From Octopus vulgaris (taxonomy: Eukaryota): a DNA stretch of 64,000 nucleotides. The notes beneath the pieces were generated by a model, which was not told the DNA's origin, searched no databases, and saw only the letters and a list, made by a program, of their open reading frames with translations. The DNA lies in the NCBI GenBank assembly GCA_951406725.2, contig OX597829.1, positions 51,274,001 to 51,338,000 on the forward strand, written 5' to 3'. Of this stretch, positions 1 through 13,388 are shown piece by piece (position 1 is the first letter of the stretch; each line of letters opens with the position of its first letter). The translations under genes and the position numbers were made by a program.

Positions 1-228
1 CATCGGTTGTCAAGCAATGCTAGGGGGACAAACACAGACACGCATATATATATATATATATACAACAGGCTTCTTTCAGTTTCCGTCTACCAAATCCACT
101 CACAAGGCATTGGTCGGCCCGAGGCTATAGCAGAAGACACTTGCCCAAGGTGCCACGCAGTGGGACTGAACCCGGAACCATGTGGTTGGTAGACAAGCTA
201 CTTACCACACAGTCTCACTCCTGCGCCT
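1..228 (-). mobile_element. tRNA-headed SINE, family A (truncated at window edge)
   Basis: Reverse complement of the GGCGCAGGAGTGGCTGTGTGGTAAG...GGTTCAGTCCC head (A/B-box-like); near-identical copies across the window. Confidence 0.8.
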
Positions 229-3200
229 ATAACTTTTATTGTATAACTTTTATTAACGCATGTATCGTTGATGTAGAAAAACACATGGCATCAGGTAGCC
301 ACCATAAATTCTGGTTCTTCTTGCTCTCCATGTTGCTACATGTACATGTGTTTGTATTGTATTCCAATAGAGCCATAAATGCAACAGTGCTGTGACTATG
401 GAACACAGGAACAGCTGCTTACATTTTAACAGTTTGGGGGAAGTGAAAGAGTGGGCCTGGGGGAGATAAGGGTCAGCCGGTCAAGGTGGCCAAGGCAAGG
501 ACTGGACAAATTGCCAGCACAAGCATAACGCTTGGGCTCTCTCTCTCGCTTAAATGGACAGCAGTGGCCATGAGGCTTTGATATGCAATAGCACTTGGTA
601 ATAATAAGTAGACACTTTTAACAATTTGGCAAAAACCAGGCAAAACCTGTTCAGTTTTGTTGTTCTCTAGTCCATTATACAAAAAGAGTTTGTAGTTTAA
701 CTGTTGAGCCTATTTATTAACTAAGGCTAAATTTACGTGCATTAAAAAGTAAGCTTGCACACTTGATTTCCACTTTAATCACATTCACTATTTCAGTTGA
801 GTTACAGTTTTTTTTTTACCTTTTGAAGAGTTAGCTAAAGGGAAGTAATAAAGTATACTTTCTGTTTTTTAGTGTTGCACATTTTACATACATGTGAATA
901 TTTTGTTCTTTGGTTAAGTTTTACCTTTTCACTTTCTCACAGATGTGTAATTTATTTTGATTAGATTTTAATCTAACCGAAATATGCAAGAGTTCTCAAT
1001 ATGCAAAATTGTTTTTTAAATATAATTTGATTAGGTTTAAAAATGCATTGTTCTTTCCTGCCGTGTCCTTGCTAATTTCTGCATTCATTTTCCTTATTTA
1101 AAAAAGATAAATACAAAATACTAAATATATGAATCCTATATATAAGGATTGCATTGAAACGAATTCATATTAAAATCCATACATAAAATTTCTTTCAACA
1201 ATTGATATTTCAAATTTCTTTTTTATATATATAGGTCAGCATAACCTATAATTTCTACTACATACAATTCTATTTATATACGGGGGAGCAATTTCATCTA
1301 AGACTGTTTTGAAACAAGAATTATTACAGTATAGAAGACACATGTTGGCCATTCAAAATCTATTAACTGTACTTAAATATTTATTTTTATCTTTGAAGTG
1401 ACAAAAATTTTGACACTGTTTTGCAAGCAATAATTTGATTAAGTGAAGTTAACCATCTTTGTGTGTTTATGAATGGCTGATATATGCCTTCCACACTAAC
1501 CATATCAACATGTTTAACTTTACAACTTAATTTCTGGGGTAGGATGGCCAAAAAGATGCACAGTCAGCCAACAGCTTTATGTATCAAGTAATCCAACTAC
1601 AGCAGCTTATTTTCTTTTAGACAGAATTCTTAATTCTACATTACTTATTTGTAAAATGTTTGCCTCTTAATTTACAACAAAGTGCATATCATCATCAATC
1701 ACAAATTGGGTACCTTCCCTGTATCTGGGGTTCGGTTTGCCACGCCCTTTATTTTTTTATATCATCAGTCTTTAATGGCCTCTTACCTTCACACTTCCTG
1801 CCAGAATGATCTTGGGCAATGAATCTTAACTCGTTGTATTCTCAAAATGTGATTGCTTTGTTGATTTGATTCTCTACAATAGATATTTTCAGACTTTCCG
1901 CTTTTCTAGTACTGCAGCATTTGCTATTCTGCCTTCTTTTCCATTACTCTAATTGTCCAAATTTCTGCCCCATACCAGACAATTAGAACAAATACATGCA
2001 GACACATTTTAAAGAGGGAGAATAAAATTAAGTACAGAGAGAAACAGATGAGAGGGACAAGGAAATGACAAGGATACTGAAGTCCTACAGCTTCAGCAAC
2101 ATTAATGAGGAAAGACTTTCACCTACGTATATGATATTTGACTTTGTCCTTTGTTGTAGGATAAGAGGCAAAATATTCCAACTGAGACTAGAATCAAGTT
2201 GTCTTGATTCTAATTTAGATATACATTCATCATTATCATCATCATCATTTCAACATCAGCTTTTCCATACTTGCATGGGTCAGATGGAATTTGTTGTAGT
2301 GAATTTTTCATCTGGATATATTTCCTGTTGGCAATCCTCATCTATTTTTAAGCAAAGTGATATTTCCCTGTGGCTAGACATGTTTTCTGAGAAAGATTGA
2401 AAATGAACCACCTCACTGTTATGATTATTAAAACAAGGGTGCACACTTATATACACACACACACACACACACTCATATTGCTAGTGTCATGTAAATGGCA
2501 TGTAAAAGCACCCATTACACTCTTGGAGTGGTTGGTATTAGGAAGGGCATCCAGCCATAGAAAACCATGCCAAATCAACCTGGAACCTGGTGCAGCTCTC
2601 CGACTTACCAGTTCCAGTCAAACAGTCTAACCCATGCCAGCATGGAACATAGACATTAAATGATGATAATAATTATGTGCTTCTTCCAGTTTCTGCCTCC
2701 CAAATTTGCTTGCCCACAAGACTTTGGTCGGCCTGGGGTCATAGTAAAAGACACTTGCCCAAAATATCATATGGTGGGACTGAACTTGAGACAGCATGGT
2801 TGGAAAGCAAGTTTCATGCTGTGTCATCAGATGCTTGTCACAGCTGATAACATGAGCTGTAAATCATAAAGAGCTGAGTGAAACTGTGATTAAAAAGAAT
2901 ATATATATAGCAAATGTTTTGAGTGCTGTGTGTAGACATAGCTGTGAATTTAAAAACTTGCTTTCCAACCATTTAGTATCTGGTTCAGTCCCACTGTGTG
3001 TCACTTTGAGCAAGTGTCTTCTATTATAACCCTAAGTCAACTAAAGAGTGCATTTGGATGATGGAAACTGAAAGAAGCCCATCATGTGAATGCTCTATGT
3101 ATACCCTTATCTTCACATCACATGATGGTTGTTAAGCATGCATCATCATTACTGAAGCAATGTATGTTCATTTCCAGTTTTTTTTTTAAACCACATCTGG

Positions 3201-4279
3201 TTATGGAGAAATATTGTCTTGTTTGGAAACAGGTAAAGATTGCCAACAGGAAGGGCATTTGGTCATGGAAAATCTGTCTCAACAAATTCCATCTAACTTA
3301 TGCAAGCATGGAAAAGTGGATGCTAACTGATGTGTTCTTGGCAGTGACAAGCGCTTCGGTACATGATCAGGGCATCAGAATAAAGGACTCGGAGATAGAA
3401 GTCTAAGCATAATTCTAAACTGTGATTCCAACAAAATATATTAAACTTGTATTTTGATGTGATCTCATCTTCTTTGTCCACTTATTCCTGGGATGGTTGT
3501 GAAGGCAAAGCCCTCAAGCACACCTTTCCTCGGGTTTAGTCACCAACTGTTTCCTATCAATCTGGCTGAATCTCTAAATGTGACCAACCAAGCTCATGGT
3601 TGTTATCCAACCATCTTGCTCATGATCTACCACTGGCTCTCCTGCTGGTTGGTTTTACCAGTAAAGCCTCTGCAGGGCCATGTAAAAGCACCCAGCATAC
3701 TCTGTTAAGTGGTTAGTGTTAGGAAGGGCATCCAGCCATAGAAACAATGCCAAATCAGATTGGAGTCTGGTGCAGCTTACCAGCTTGCCAGTTCTGGTCA
3801 AACCATCCAACCTGTGCCAGCATGGAACAACTGATGTTAAATGATGATGATGTCTGTAATATTAGAACTGTGATCTTTCAATTCGGAGAATGAAATTTTG
3901 ATGTGACGCTCAGTAAAAACAGCATAGGGAGCAATGTCACAAATTCAGAAAATAAGAAATGATGGCTCTAAATAAAGTAAGAAATAATTGTTCATATCCA
4001 ATTAATTATGAATCAATTAATCTCAATAATACAAAGAACTTTAGTTACTTTTATCTTTCCCTTGTTACTTTTGTTAAACAAAGATATCAAGTTGAATATT
4101 GCATAAGAGATGGGTTTTTTTTGTGGGGTTTTTTTTTTCTAATTCTTGGATGTGGCAAAAAATTGCCATACGTTTAATGCAATCATATTACAGAATTAAG
4201 GATGAGATACTTAGCTTATGGTGAAACATGTTATCTCTTTAGCACTGAGGTTGCTCTGTCAAATGTAATGCTTATTTAG

Positions 4280-4481
4280 GCCCTGTTGCCGGTGGAATGT
4301 AAAAAGCACCCACTACACTCACGGAGTGGTTGGCGTTAGAAAGGGCATCCAGCTGTAGAAACACTGCCAGATCAGACTGAAACCTGGTGCAGCCTTCTGG
4401 CTTCCCAGAGCCCGGTCAAACCGTCCAACCCATGCTAGCATGAAAAACGGACGTTAAACGATGATGATGATGATGATGATG
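4280..4481 (+). mobile_element. SINE/RTE-tail retroposon, family C, ending in (GAT)n
   Basis: ...GGCGTTAG(G/A)AAGGGCATCCAGC...GGACGTTAAACGATGATGAT tail; many copies (e.g. 6840-7093, 31455-31732, 37815-38025, 55705-55885). Confidence 0.75.
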
Positions 4482-5064
4482 AATGTGTTTGGAAATAATA
4501 ATAATCCTTTCTACTGGCTTCGTACTTGTGGGGAGGGGACTGGTCGATTACATTGAACCCAGTGTTTCATTGCTACTTAATTTATTGACCCCGAAAGGAT
4601 GAAAAACAAAGTCGACCTCGGTGGATTTTGAACTCAGAACATAGCGGCAGACGAAATACTGCTAAGCATTTTGCCCAGCATGCTAGCAATTCTGCCATCT
4701 TCCCACCTTAATGTGTTTGGAAATAATAATACATAATCTTCATGGTGTGATTGTATATTTTTAGAATGCCTTTGTAGGATAAGTGCGTGACATTGGCTGG
4801 TTTGAACATAAAACGGGCAAAATATTTGAGCTGGATCTGGCTGGTTTTAATACTGAAGGGTTCATTATTTTTTCTACAGTAAAGCAGGGTTTGTCTTATG
4901 CAAGAATGCATCTTATACATTGGCAAATTCAGTAACAACAAATTAATCAAGAATGTTATTTCCAAGTACCAAATCCTTAAATCCTAAATGAGTTGGATCA
5001 AAAAATAAAAACATGTGGTGCCAAAACAAGTGTGCCAAATAGCCAGTGCCGAAATGTCTGCACC

Positions 5065-5491
5065 AATTTTCAATATAACAAAGAATTTAGTAAAATAATT
5101 TAGTTGTCATTAAGCTAGTGTTAGGAACATAAACTGTTACTAAGCTTTGGTGGAAGATTTTTATTCAAAACTTATGCAAACAAAACATTTATACTCAGAG
5201 CCAGAGCTGGTTTCAGCCGGGTTGGTAATGAAAGGGTTAAGAATTGTTTCTCTATTATATATTTTAATCCTTTCGTTACTGTTTTTATTTTGAGAGACTC
5301 TGCATTTCTTTCAATTACTTTAAATATAACAAAGAATTTAGTAAAATAACTTTGTTATCATTAAGCTAGTGTTAGGAACATAAATTGTGACTAAGGTTTA
5401 GTGAAAGATTTTAATTCAAAACTTATGAAAACAAGACATTTATACTAAAGAGCCAGAGCCGGTTTCAGCCGGGTTGGTAACAAAAGGGTTT
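5065..5491. mobile_element. Tandem TTAA-type (piggyBac-like) MITEs
   Basis: TIR ttaa(c/t)cctttcgttac ... gtaa(c/t)gaaagggttaa; the same family occurs at 50550-50770 and 63672-64000. Confidence 0.7.
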
Positions 5492-5581
5492 ACAAAGTAA
5501 ACTCATTATGCTTGATTGAATTAGTTACAAATATCAGCTTTAATTAATTAATTAGTTAATTATTTATTTATTTACTTTCAG

Positions 5582-6374
5582 AAACGGACATTTGGTTACT
5601 CATCGTGCTAAAAAACCTTATGCATGTCATTTTGAAGGGTGTGATAAAAGTTACTGTGATAATCGGTCATTACGGCGCCATCTAGAAAACCATCACAACA
5701 AACAGAATCACGATGTTAACAACAGCAGCAGCAGTGCAGCAGCTGCGAATCCTGCAAGTGCTCCTGCAGTTGCCAGCGGAAATGCAGGTTCGGGTATTGC
5801 CAGCGCAAGTACGGCCTCAAGTTCAGTCTCGACCCAGAGCACAAGTAATGTCCCAGTATCTTCAATAGCCAATCAGTCTATGGATTTTCAAGGAAACAAC
5901 AGAGGAAGTGATATTTTTAATGATAATACCAACAGCACAAGTCGTATCCATTACGCTCCACCACCATACAACCCATCAGTAACTCCCGAGGACAGTCAAC
6001 CATGTGTGAGCACACAACCACAGTATTTCCAGTTTGACACCACTGTCCAGCAAGTGCAGCAGTTGCAGCAACAGCAACAGCAGCAGCAGCGTTTGCAGTC
6101 ACAACAGAAACAACAACAGCAGCAAAAGCAACAAGCAGCACCACAACAACAACAACAGCAGCAGCAGCAGCAATTGCAACAACAGCAACAGCAGCAGCAA
6201 CAACTACAACAGCAACAACAACCACCACAAAAGCAACAGCAGCAGCAACAACAACAACCACAGACTCAACAGCAGCAGCAGCAACAACAGCAGACACAAC
6301 AGACACAACAACAACAAGCATCATTCCAATCCTCAGACAATATACAGAACTGGCAACAGGACCATATATATAAA
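5582..6374 (+). CDS. TRERF1: Exon: end of one C2H2 finger, a full finger (YACHFEGCDKSYCDNRSLRRHLENHH), S/A-rich region and polyQ tract
   Basis: tttcag acceptor ending at 5581; in frame with ORF 5592; donor AAA|gttggt chosen because it gives phase 0 matching the next exon. Confidence 0.85.
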
Positions 6375-8212
6375 GTTGGTATTCGGATTAATGGATCTTT
6401 TTTATTTTTTTAAACTTTTATTTATTTTAGTCATTGGGCTGAGGCCCTGCCGGGGACACAGCCTCGTCTTAGTCAACCAAATCAACCCTTATTTTTAAGT
6501 TTAGCACTTGTTGTCTCAGCCTTAGTTTTTGCTGACCCACAAATAATATTTTCTTCTTGAGAGTAGTTTGCATATCACAGCATATTTGCAAATGCTAACC
6601 TTTAGATGCTCGTGTATGTTTTATTATAAATTCATAGTCGTTACAGGCACAGGAGAGGCTTTGTGGTAAAAAGCTTGCTTCACGACCATGTTGTTCTCGG
6701 TTCAGTCCCACTACATGGCACCTTGGGCAAGAGTCTTCTACTGTAGCCGCGGGCTGACCAAAGCCTTGTGGCCTTGTGAGTGGATTTGCTAGAGGAAAGC
6801 TGAAAGAAGCCCGTTGTATATATAAATATATATATATTCTGTGCCGGTGGCATGTAAAAAGCACCATCTGAACGTGGCCGTTTGCCAGCCTCGTCTGGCA
6901 CCTGTGCCGGTGGCACGTAAAAAGCACCCACTATACTCACAGAGTGGTTGGCATTAGGAAGGGCATCCAGCTGTAGAAACTCTGCCAGATCAAAATTGGA
7001 GCCTGGTGCTTCCATCTGGTTCGCCAGTCCTCAGTCAAATCGTCCAACCCATGCCTGCATGGAAAGCGGACACTAAACGATGATGATGATGATATATATG
7101 AGAGTATTGTAGTTTGCTTGAAGCATTGTGTATTGTTTGTGAAGAATAAAAAGTTTTGAATGGTACAACAATGCACTATAATACAAACAATGGGCTATAT
7201 ACCTGTTGTAATTTCCAACTTCACACACTTCTCATGAGGAATTCTGGAAGGAGCATTGTGAGACCACTGCTGATTCTGGAAGGAGCATTGTGAGACCACT
7301 GCTGAGACGCTTCCCCAAAAAAAAATTTAAAAGAAACGCCTTTGGAAAACTGATTATAGCAGTGACTCCATCTAAGAATACCTGAAGAAGGAATATTATT
7401 CCTAAATATCATATCAGACTATGGATGACTAAATTACAACAGGTATATAGCCCCTTTGTATGTGTGTGTGGCAGTGGCTCTGTGGTAAAAAGCTTGCTTC
7501 CCAACCATGTTGTTCCGGTAGACAGAAGCTGAAAGAAGCCTGTCATATATACAGTGCCACATAAAAGGTACCAAGTCCACTCTGCAGAGTGATAGGTGTT
7601 AGGAAAGGCATCCAGCTGTAAAGTCCTTGCCAAAACAGAGTAGCATAGGTTAGTTTTTCTACCTGGCCAGCTCCTGTGAACTGTCCTACACATACATGCA
7701 TGGAAGATGGATGTTAAACAATGATGATGGTGTATGTGTGTATGTGTCTTTGTTTTTGTGTTTGTTACCCACCACCACCACCGCTTGGCAAAACTTGTTG
7801 GTTCAGCATCAAAAGAATTCAATAGAATAAGTAATAGGCTTTAAAAAAAAAAGAACAAGTCCTGGAGTTGATTTGTTCAGCTTAGACCCTACAGGGCAGT
7901 GCCCCAGCATGACCGCAGTGAAGTAACTGAAACAAGTAAAATATAAAAGATAGGGCAGTGGGGTGGTTTGTAACCCAGGTAATATCAACTCATTAGAAAA
8001 ATTGTGAGCTCACAAAGGGGCACTGGGTGTTTAGGGGCTGAGGTCATAATTTTTTTTTTGTTCTAGAAATATTAAGTGGCATTCCATCAGTTACGAGAAC
8101 AAGTCTTCCAGTTGGTCCGATCAGTGGAACAGCCTAGCCTGCAAGTGGCTGAGCACTCCACAGACACACGTACCCTTAATATTGTTCCCAGGAACAATAG
8201 TGAAGACATAAA

Positions 8213-8555
8213 GTGAAGGTGCATGGCTCAGTGGTTAGAGCGTTGGGCTTACAATCATGGGGTAATGAGTTCAATTCCTGGACCGGGCTGCGTGTTGTGT
8301 TCTTGAGGAAGACGCTTTATTACACATAGCTCCAGTTCACTCATCTGTAGAAATGAGTTGCAACAACACTGGTGCCAAGCTGTATTGGTCTTCGCCTTTC
8401 CCTTGGATAACGTCAGTGGCATGGAGACAGCCATTCTGGTATCCATGGGCAACTGATGATCTTCCATAAACAACCTTGCCTGAACTTGTAACTCGGAAGG
8501 GAATTTTCTAGATGCAATCCCATGGTCATTCACGAATGAAGGGAGTCTTTTTACT
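8213..8555 (+). mobile_element. tRNA-headed SINE (GCATGGCTCAGTGGTTAGAGCG head)
   Basis: A-box TGGCTCAGTGG and B-box GTTCAATTCC; related copies at 19755-20085 (-) and 58322-58615 (+). Confidence 0.7.
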
Positions 8556-8720
8556 TTGACATCAGATATAGTCAGTGGTTTGATGAATAATTGTTTCAAG
8601 AATCCATAAGTGATATTTATTTAGTGTACCTATTTTAAAAAAGATTGAACGAAATTAACCTTAAATATATAATATCGTTAAATAAACTCATCAATTGTTA
8701 CTGTATTCTTGTCTTTGCAG

Positions 8721-8947
8721 GTAAACCAATTTATGAACCAGACTGTGATAAACACCAGTCAGAACACTTCCCAAAGTAGTCCAAGGACAGACCCTGAACA
8801 TTCCCCTGGATACTTACAGCAAATCAGTCCTATTAGCCCAGCTCCGATACCAAACCAATCCACAAGTCCGTTGCAGTTGTCAGGACAACAGAGACGCTCT
8901 TGGTACAAGCCACCAAACTCTAATACTGTCGCAAAATCAAATAATGA
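8721..8947 (+). CDS. TRERF1: Exon: S/P/Q-rich linker (VNQFMNQTVINTSQ...)
   Basis: ttgcag acceptor; GA|gttagt donor; phase matches both neighbours. Confidence 0.8.
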
Positions 8948-9840
8948 GTTAGTGCATTAGTATCGATTTATTTTGTTTTATACCAGTTGTTAGAGGTGCA
9001 GTCAGGTCAACGGGTCACAGTAAGAGACATTTGCTATTTCTTACAAAAGCATTGTAGATTGAAGCCAATGGCTTGGCTAGTGTACTACGCATGCAACAAA
9101 GATGGTACATTATCTTCATCTTTTATTTCGTCTCAGTCATTGTCCACCAAATCTACTAATTAGAGCAAAGCTTTATTAGTAAATTTGATTGACAAAACCT
9201 GAAAGAACTCTGTCATATATGCATATATGTGTTTGTGCATGTGTGTAGGTGCAATGGCCCAGTGGTTAAGGCAGTGGTCTCCCTGTCATAGGATCATGGT
9301 TTCGATTCCCAGACCAGGTATTGTGAGTGTTTATTGAACAAAAACACCTAAAGCTCTACGAGGCTTTGACAGGGGGTGGTGGTGAACCCTGCTGTACTCT
9401 TTCACCACAACTTTCTCTCACTCTTTCTTCCCGTTTCTGTTGTACCTGTATTTCAAAGGGGCCAGCCTTGTCACACTCTGTGTCACGCTGAATATCCCCG
9501 AGAACAACATTAAGGGTATACGTGTCTGTGGAGTGTTCAGGAGGCCAGTCAGGCGGTACTGGCAATGACCTCGCTCGAATCTTTTACACGTGCCAGTGAA
9601 GCGATGTTAGTAACGATCATGCTCGAATGGTGCCCTTGTTACATGCCACGGGTACGGAAGCCAGTTGGCTGCTCTGGTAGCAATCACACTCGGATGGTGC
9701 TCTTGGCACCCTACTAGCACAGTAAGGCGATGCTGGTAATGATCATACTCAAATAGCCGCTCTGTCAACGATCACACTCGTATGGTGCTCTTTGCACCCC
9801 GCTTGCACAGATGCCAGTCATCGAATATATATATATATAT

Positions 9841-10137
9841 AATTCATAAATGAGGGCAAAGGAAAAGAATTCTAGTGCCAAATATGCCGAAAAATTGGAC
9901 ACATTGTCCATTAACCATATAATTTTTTCACAATACGCACACTACTCGAAAAATATGGTTAATGGACAATGGGTCCAATTTTTTTGGCATATTTGGCACT
10001 AGAATTCTTTTCCTTTGCCCTCATTTATGAATTGTTTATAAATTTAACCGTTAAAGGTATTTTTTAATATGCTGGCCGTTGATAAAATTTTTTTCGAGAA
10101 AATAATTTTTTTTCGAAAAGAATTTTATCCTCACATT

Positions 10138-10139
<2 letters not shown>
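9841..10139. mobile_element. Fold-back element (about 80-bp inverted arms plus tail) inserted in (TA)n
   Basis: Arms 9841-9920 and 9953-10033; flanked by TA repeats on both sides. Confidence 0.65.
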
Positions 10140-10174
<35 letters not shown>

Positions 10175-10541
10175 CACACACACACACACACACACACATT
10201 GCTCCAGTTCCCCTTTGATCAGTGGTGGGGTTGTTGACCTGCTCACCTAGCCATTGGGATGGTATCATTTGATAGCCTGGTCAGTCATGTGTGATCAACT
10301 GACTTGGGTTTATGCACCTCACCTTATCTGGTTAGGAATAGTTAACCATATTTTTAAAGGTCTCTAAGACTAGCATTCTGTCCCAGAAGGTTTTTTTTTT
10401 TTTATGCCAATAAACTAAAAACTTCTGAAGCTCACAAAAAAATTAACCTCTTTCTCTCTCTCTCTCCTCCTCTCTCAGTTTTCATTATTCCACAATTACT
10501 ACAAATAAAAATAAAATAGCGTCCCCTGTTTTATACCTAAA

Positions 10542-10927
10542 CTAGCAGTATCGCCCGGCGTTGCTCGGGTTTGTAAGGGAAATAACTATATAAGCATTTT
10601 TAGAGATGTAAAGTATAATAGCCATCTCAATATGGCTAACCACAAAGGGGGGGGAGGTTACTGTAGCTTTTTACGTTCTGAGATTTAATAATAAATTTTT
10701 AGAAAGTTACTTCCCTTATATATGCCAAAAATGCATTAAAAATGGGAAAAATTGATGGTAAATTTTTTTTTTTAAATCGTAGACTCATCGTAGACGCGCG
10801 CTAATACTCAGAAGGGCTCGATATGAATCACAACTATAAGATACCCGGTTTTGGTTAAACTGCACCACAAAATGTGGGAGTAAGGAATCTAAATCGTAGC
10901 ACACAACCTCACTTGTATATATAAAGA
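10542..10927 (-). mobile_element. Non-autonomous Helitron
   Basis: Minus strand starts with TC and ends with a subterminal GC hairpin (CCCGAGCAACGCCGGG) plus CTAG; inserted at A|T with no TSD. Confidence 0.8.
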
Positions 10928-11039
10928 TATAAGTAGGCCTCATGTTAGCTTTTCTGCAATCTGTGACTGTATTTACTTGTATATTAATTTTTGTTTTTTA
11001 ATTATCTTTTCTAAAAATTTAATCTAATTTAATTTTCAG

Positions 11040-11148
11040 TGATGAATCTAAACCTGTAAAGTGTAATCTGTGTTCCAAGAGATTCAAAAATATTCCTGCT
11101 TTGAATGGACATATGAGACAGCATGGTGGCTATTTCAAAAAAGTTAAG
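11040..11148 (+). CDS. TRERF1: Exon: C2H2 finger [36 protein letters not shown]
   Basis: ttttcag acceptor, AAG|gtatgt donor; LNGHMRxHGG finger is typical of TRERF1/ZNF541; too short for the ORF track. Confidence 0.92.
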
Positions 11149-11249
11149 GTATGTATTAGAAATTTCTTTCAAACCAGAAAAAGAGTAAACCAACATGTGT
11201 ATTATGTGTTTTAGTTGTGTTCATTACGTATGGTTACATATTTATGTGT

Positions 11250-11555
11250 GGAGGCGCAATGGCCCAGTGGTTAGGGCAGCGGACTCGCGGTCGTAGGATC
11301 GCGGTTTCGATTCCCAGACCAGGCATTGTGAGTGTTTATTGAGAGAAAACACCAAAAGCTCCACGAGGCTCCGGCAGGGGGCGGTGGCGATCCCTGCTGT
11401 ACTCTTTCGCCACAACTTTCTCTCACGCTTTCCTCTGTTGGCCTGCTCGCTTAGCCAGCGGGGTGGCGTCATTCGAAGGCTAAAACAATGCGAAGCGCAT
11501 TGTGACCAGCGATGTGTAGCAACATCTGATAGCCTGGTCGGTCACGGTGATCACA
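11250..11555 (+). mobile_element. tRNA-derived SINE, family D
   Basis: GGCGCAATGGCCCAGTGGTTAGGGCAGCGGACTCGCGG...GGTTTCGATTCCC tRNA-like head followed by a non-tRNA body; second copy at 9247-9540. Confidence 0.75.
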
Positions 11556-12053
11556 TATTTATGTATATGTGTCTCTGTGTGTATTTTCACTGAATTAATT
11601 AAACGACAAACAAGGAAAGAATGTTGACACAAGCATGGCTGTTTGGTAAGAAGTTTGATTCCCAATTACATGGTTTGGGGGTTCAGTCCCTCTGCATGGC
11701 ACCTTGGCCAAGTGTCTTCTACTGTAGCCTGGGACCGACCAAAGCCTTGTGAGTGGCTTTAGTAGTTGGAAATGGAATGCCACATCAGACTGGAGCCTGG
11801 TGCAACCTCCTGGTTTCCCAGACCCCGGTTGAACTGTCCAACCCATGCTAGCATGGAAAACCGACATTAAATGATGATGATGATATATATATAGGTGCAG
11901 GTATGGCTGTGTGGTAAGAAACTTGCTTCCCAGCCACAAGGTTCCAGGTTCAATCCCACTGCATAGCACCTTGGGAAAGTGTCTTCTATTATAGCCTCAG
12001 CCAACTAAAGCCTTGTGGGTGGATTTGGTTGACATAAACTGAAAGAAGCCCAT

Positions 12054-12115
<62 letters not shown>

Positions 12116-12509
12116 TGCAGGCATGGCTGTGTTGTAAGAAGCTTGCTTTCCAACCACATAGTCCCAGGTTCAGTCCCACTGTGTGGAACCTAGAACAAAC
12201 GTCTTATTCTATGGCTTCAGAGTGACCAAACCCTTGTGAGTGGATTTGGTAGAAGGAAACTGAAAGAAGCCTGTCATGTGCTTGTTGGTGTGCACCTACC
12301 CTACAATGTCATTTTAAAAGTAACCAATCGCATCACTGAAATCTCAAAGCAATGAGATAATGCATGATTAATTCCATAATGATGTGGATAAATTAGCATT
12401 ACATTTAGCAGAGTAATCTGAATGCTAAAGGGTTAATATAGAAATAATAATCTCATGGTTTATTTTTTCAAGACTGTGCACATCTAATGTACTCTTTAAT
12501 CCTTTAGCA

Positions 12510-12639
12510 CTTACGAACCACATGGTTCCGGGTTCAGTCCCACTGCGTGACATCTTGGGCAAGTGTCTTCTGCTATAGCCCCGGGCTGACCAATGCCTTG
12601 TGAGTGGATTTGGTAGACGGAAACTGAAAGAAGCCTGTC

Positions 12640-12681
<42 letters not shown>

Positions 12682-12882
12682 CTGTGTTTGTCCCCTTAGC
12701 ATTGCTTGACAACCGATGCTGATGTGTTTACGTCCCCCGTAATTTAGCGGTTTGGCAAAAAGAGAACCGATAGAATAAGTACTGGGCTTACAAAAGAATA
12801 AGTCCCAGGGTCGATTTGCTCGACTAAAGGCGGTGCTCCAGCATGGCCGCAGTCAAATGACTGAAACAAGTAAAAGAGTAAA
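12510..12882 (+). mobile_element. SINE family A (5'-truncated) with internal (TA)n
   Basis: Matches the copies at 35961, 47974 and 58659; ends GAAACAAGTAAAAGAGTAAA. Confidence 0.8.
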
Positions 12883-13113
12883 GCTGTTAATGGGTTAAAC
12901 ATTTATTTTTAGAGTTTCAGGTTGCTCTTTTACCCCCTCCTCTCCATCACATTTTGCATATTTTGTTTTTGTTGTTTGTTGTTGGAAACCAGAAACCTCC
13001 AATGTTTGATGGTAGTGGTCGTTGTTGTTGTTGTAGTGGTTTAGTTTTTATTTATTTGTTTTTTTTTTTTTCTTTTTCAATCATTTTTTTTTTTTTCTCC
13101 AATTCTTAACTAG

Positions 13114-13215
13114 GATGCTAACAGTAACAGTAAGGATCAGAAAAAAGTTGTGATAAAGCACGAACCTGGTCAGCCATCCACTATATCTTCAGAACTACTG
13201 CAGCAGAAACAACAA

Positions 13216-13270
<55 letters not shown>

Positions 13271-13356
13271 AGCAGCAGCAACTCCAACAACAACAACACA
13301 GTCTGCAGCAACAGCTTCAGCAACAACTTCAACAAAAGCAACTTCAAAAGCAACTA

Positions 13357-13388
<32 letters not shown>

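Noticed and set aside
7243-7306. 32-bp tandem duplication (also a 38-bp one at about 30324-30400)
   Set aside because: Ordinary local slippage duplications
11250-11325. Possible tRNA gene
   Set aside because: The tRNA-like head continues into a SINE body, is multi-copy and lacks a proper acceptor stem and terminator
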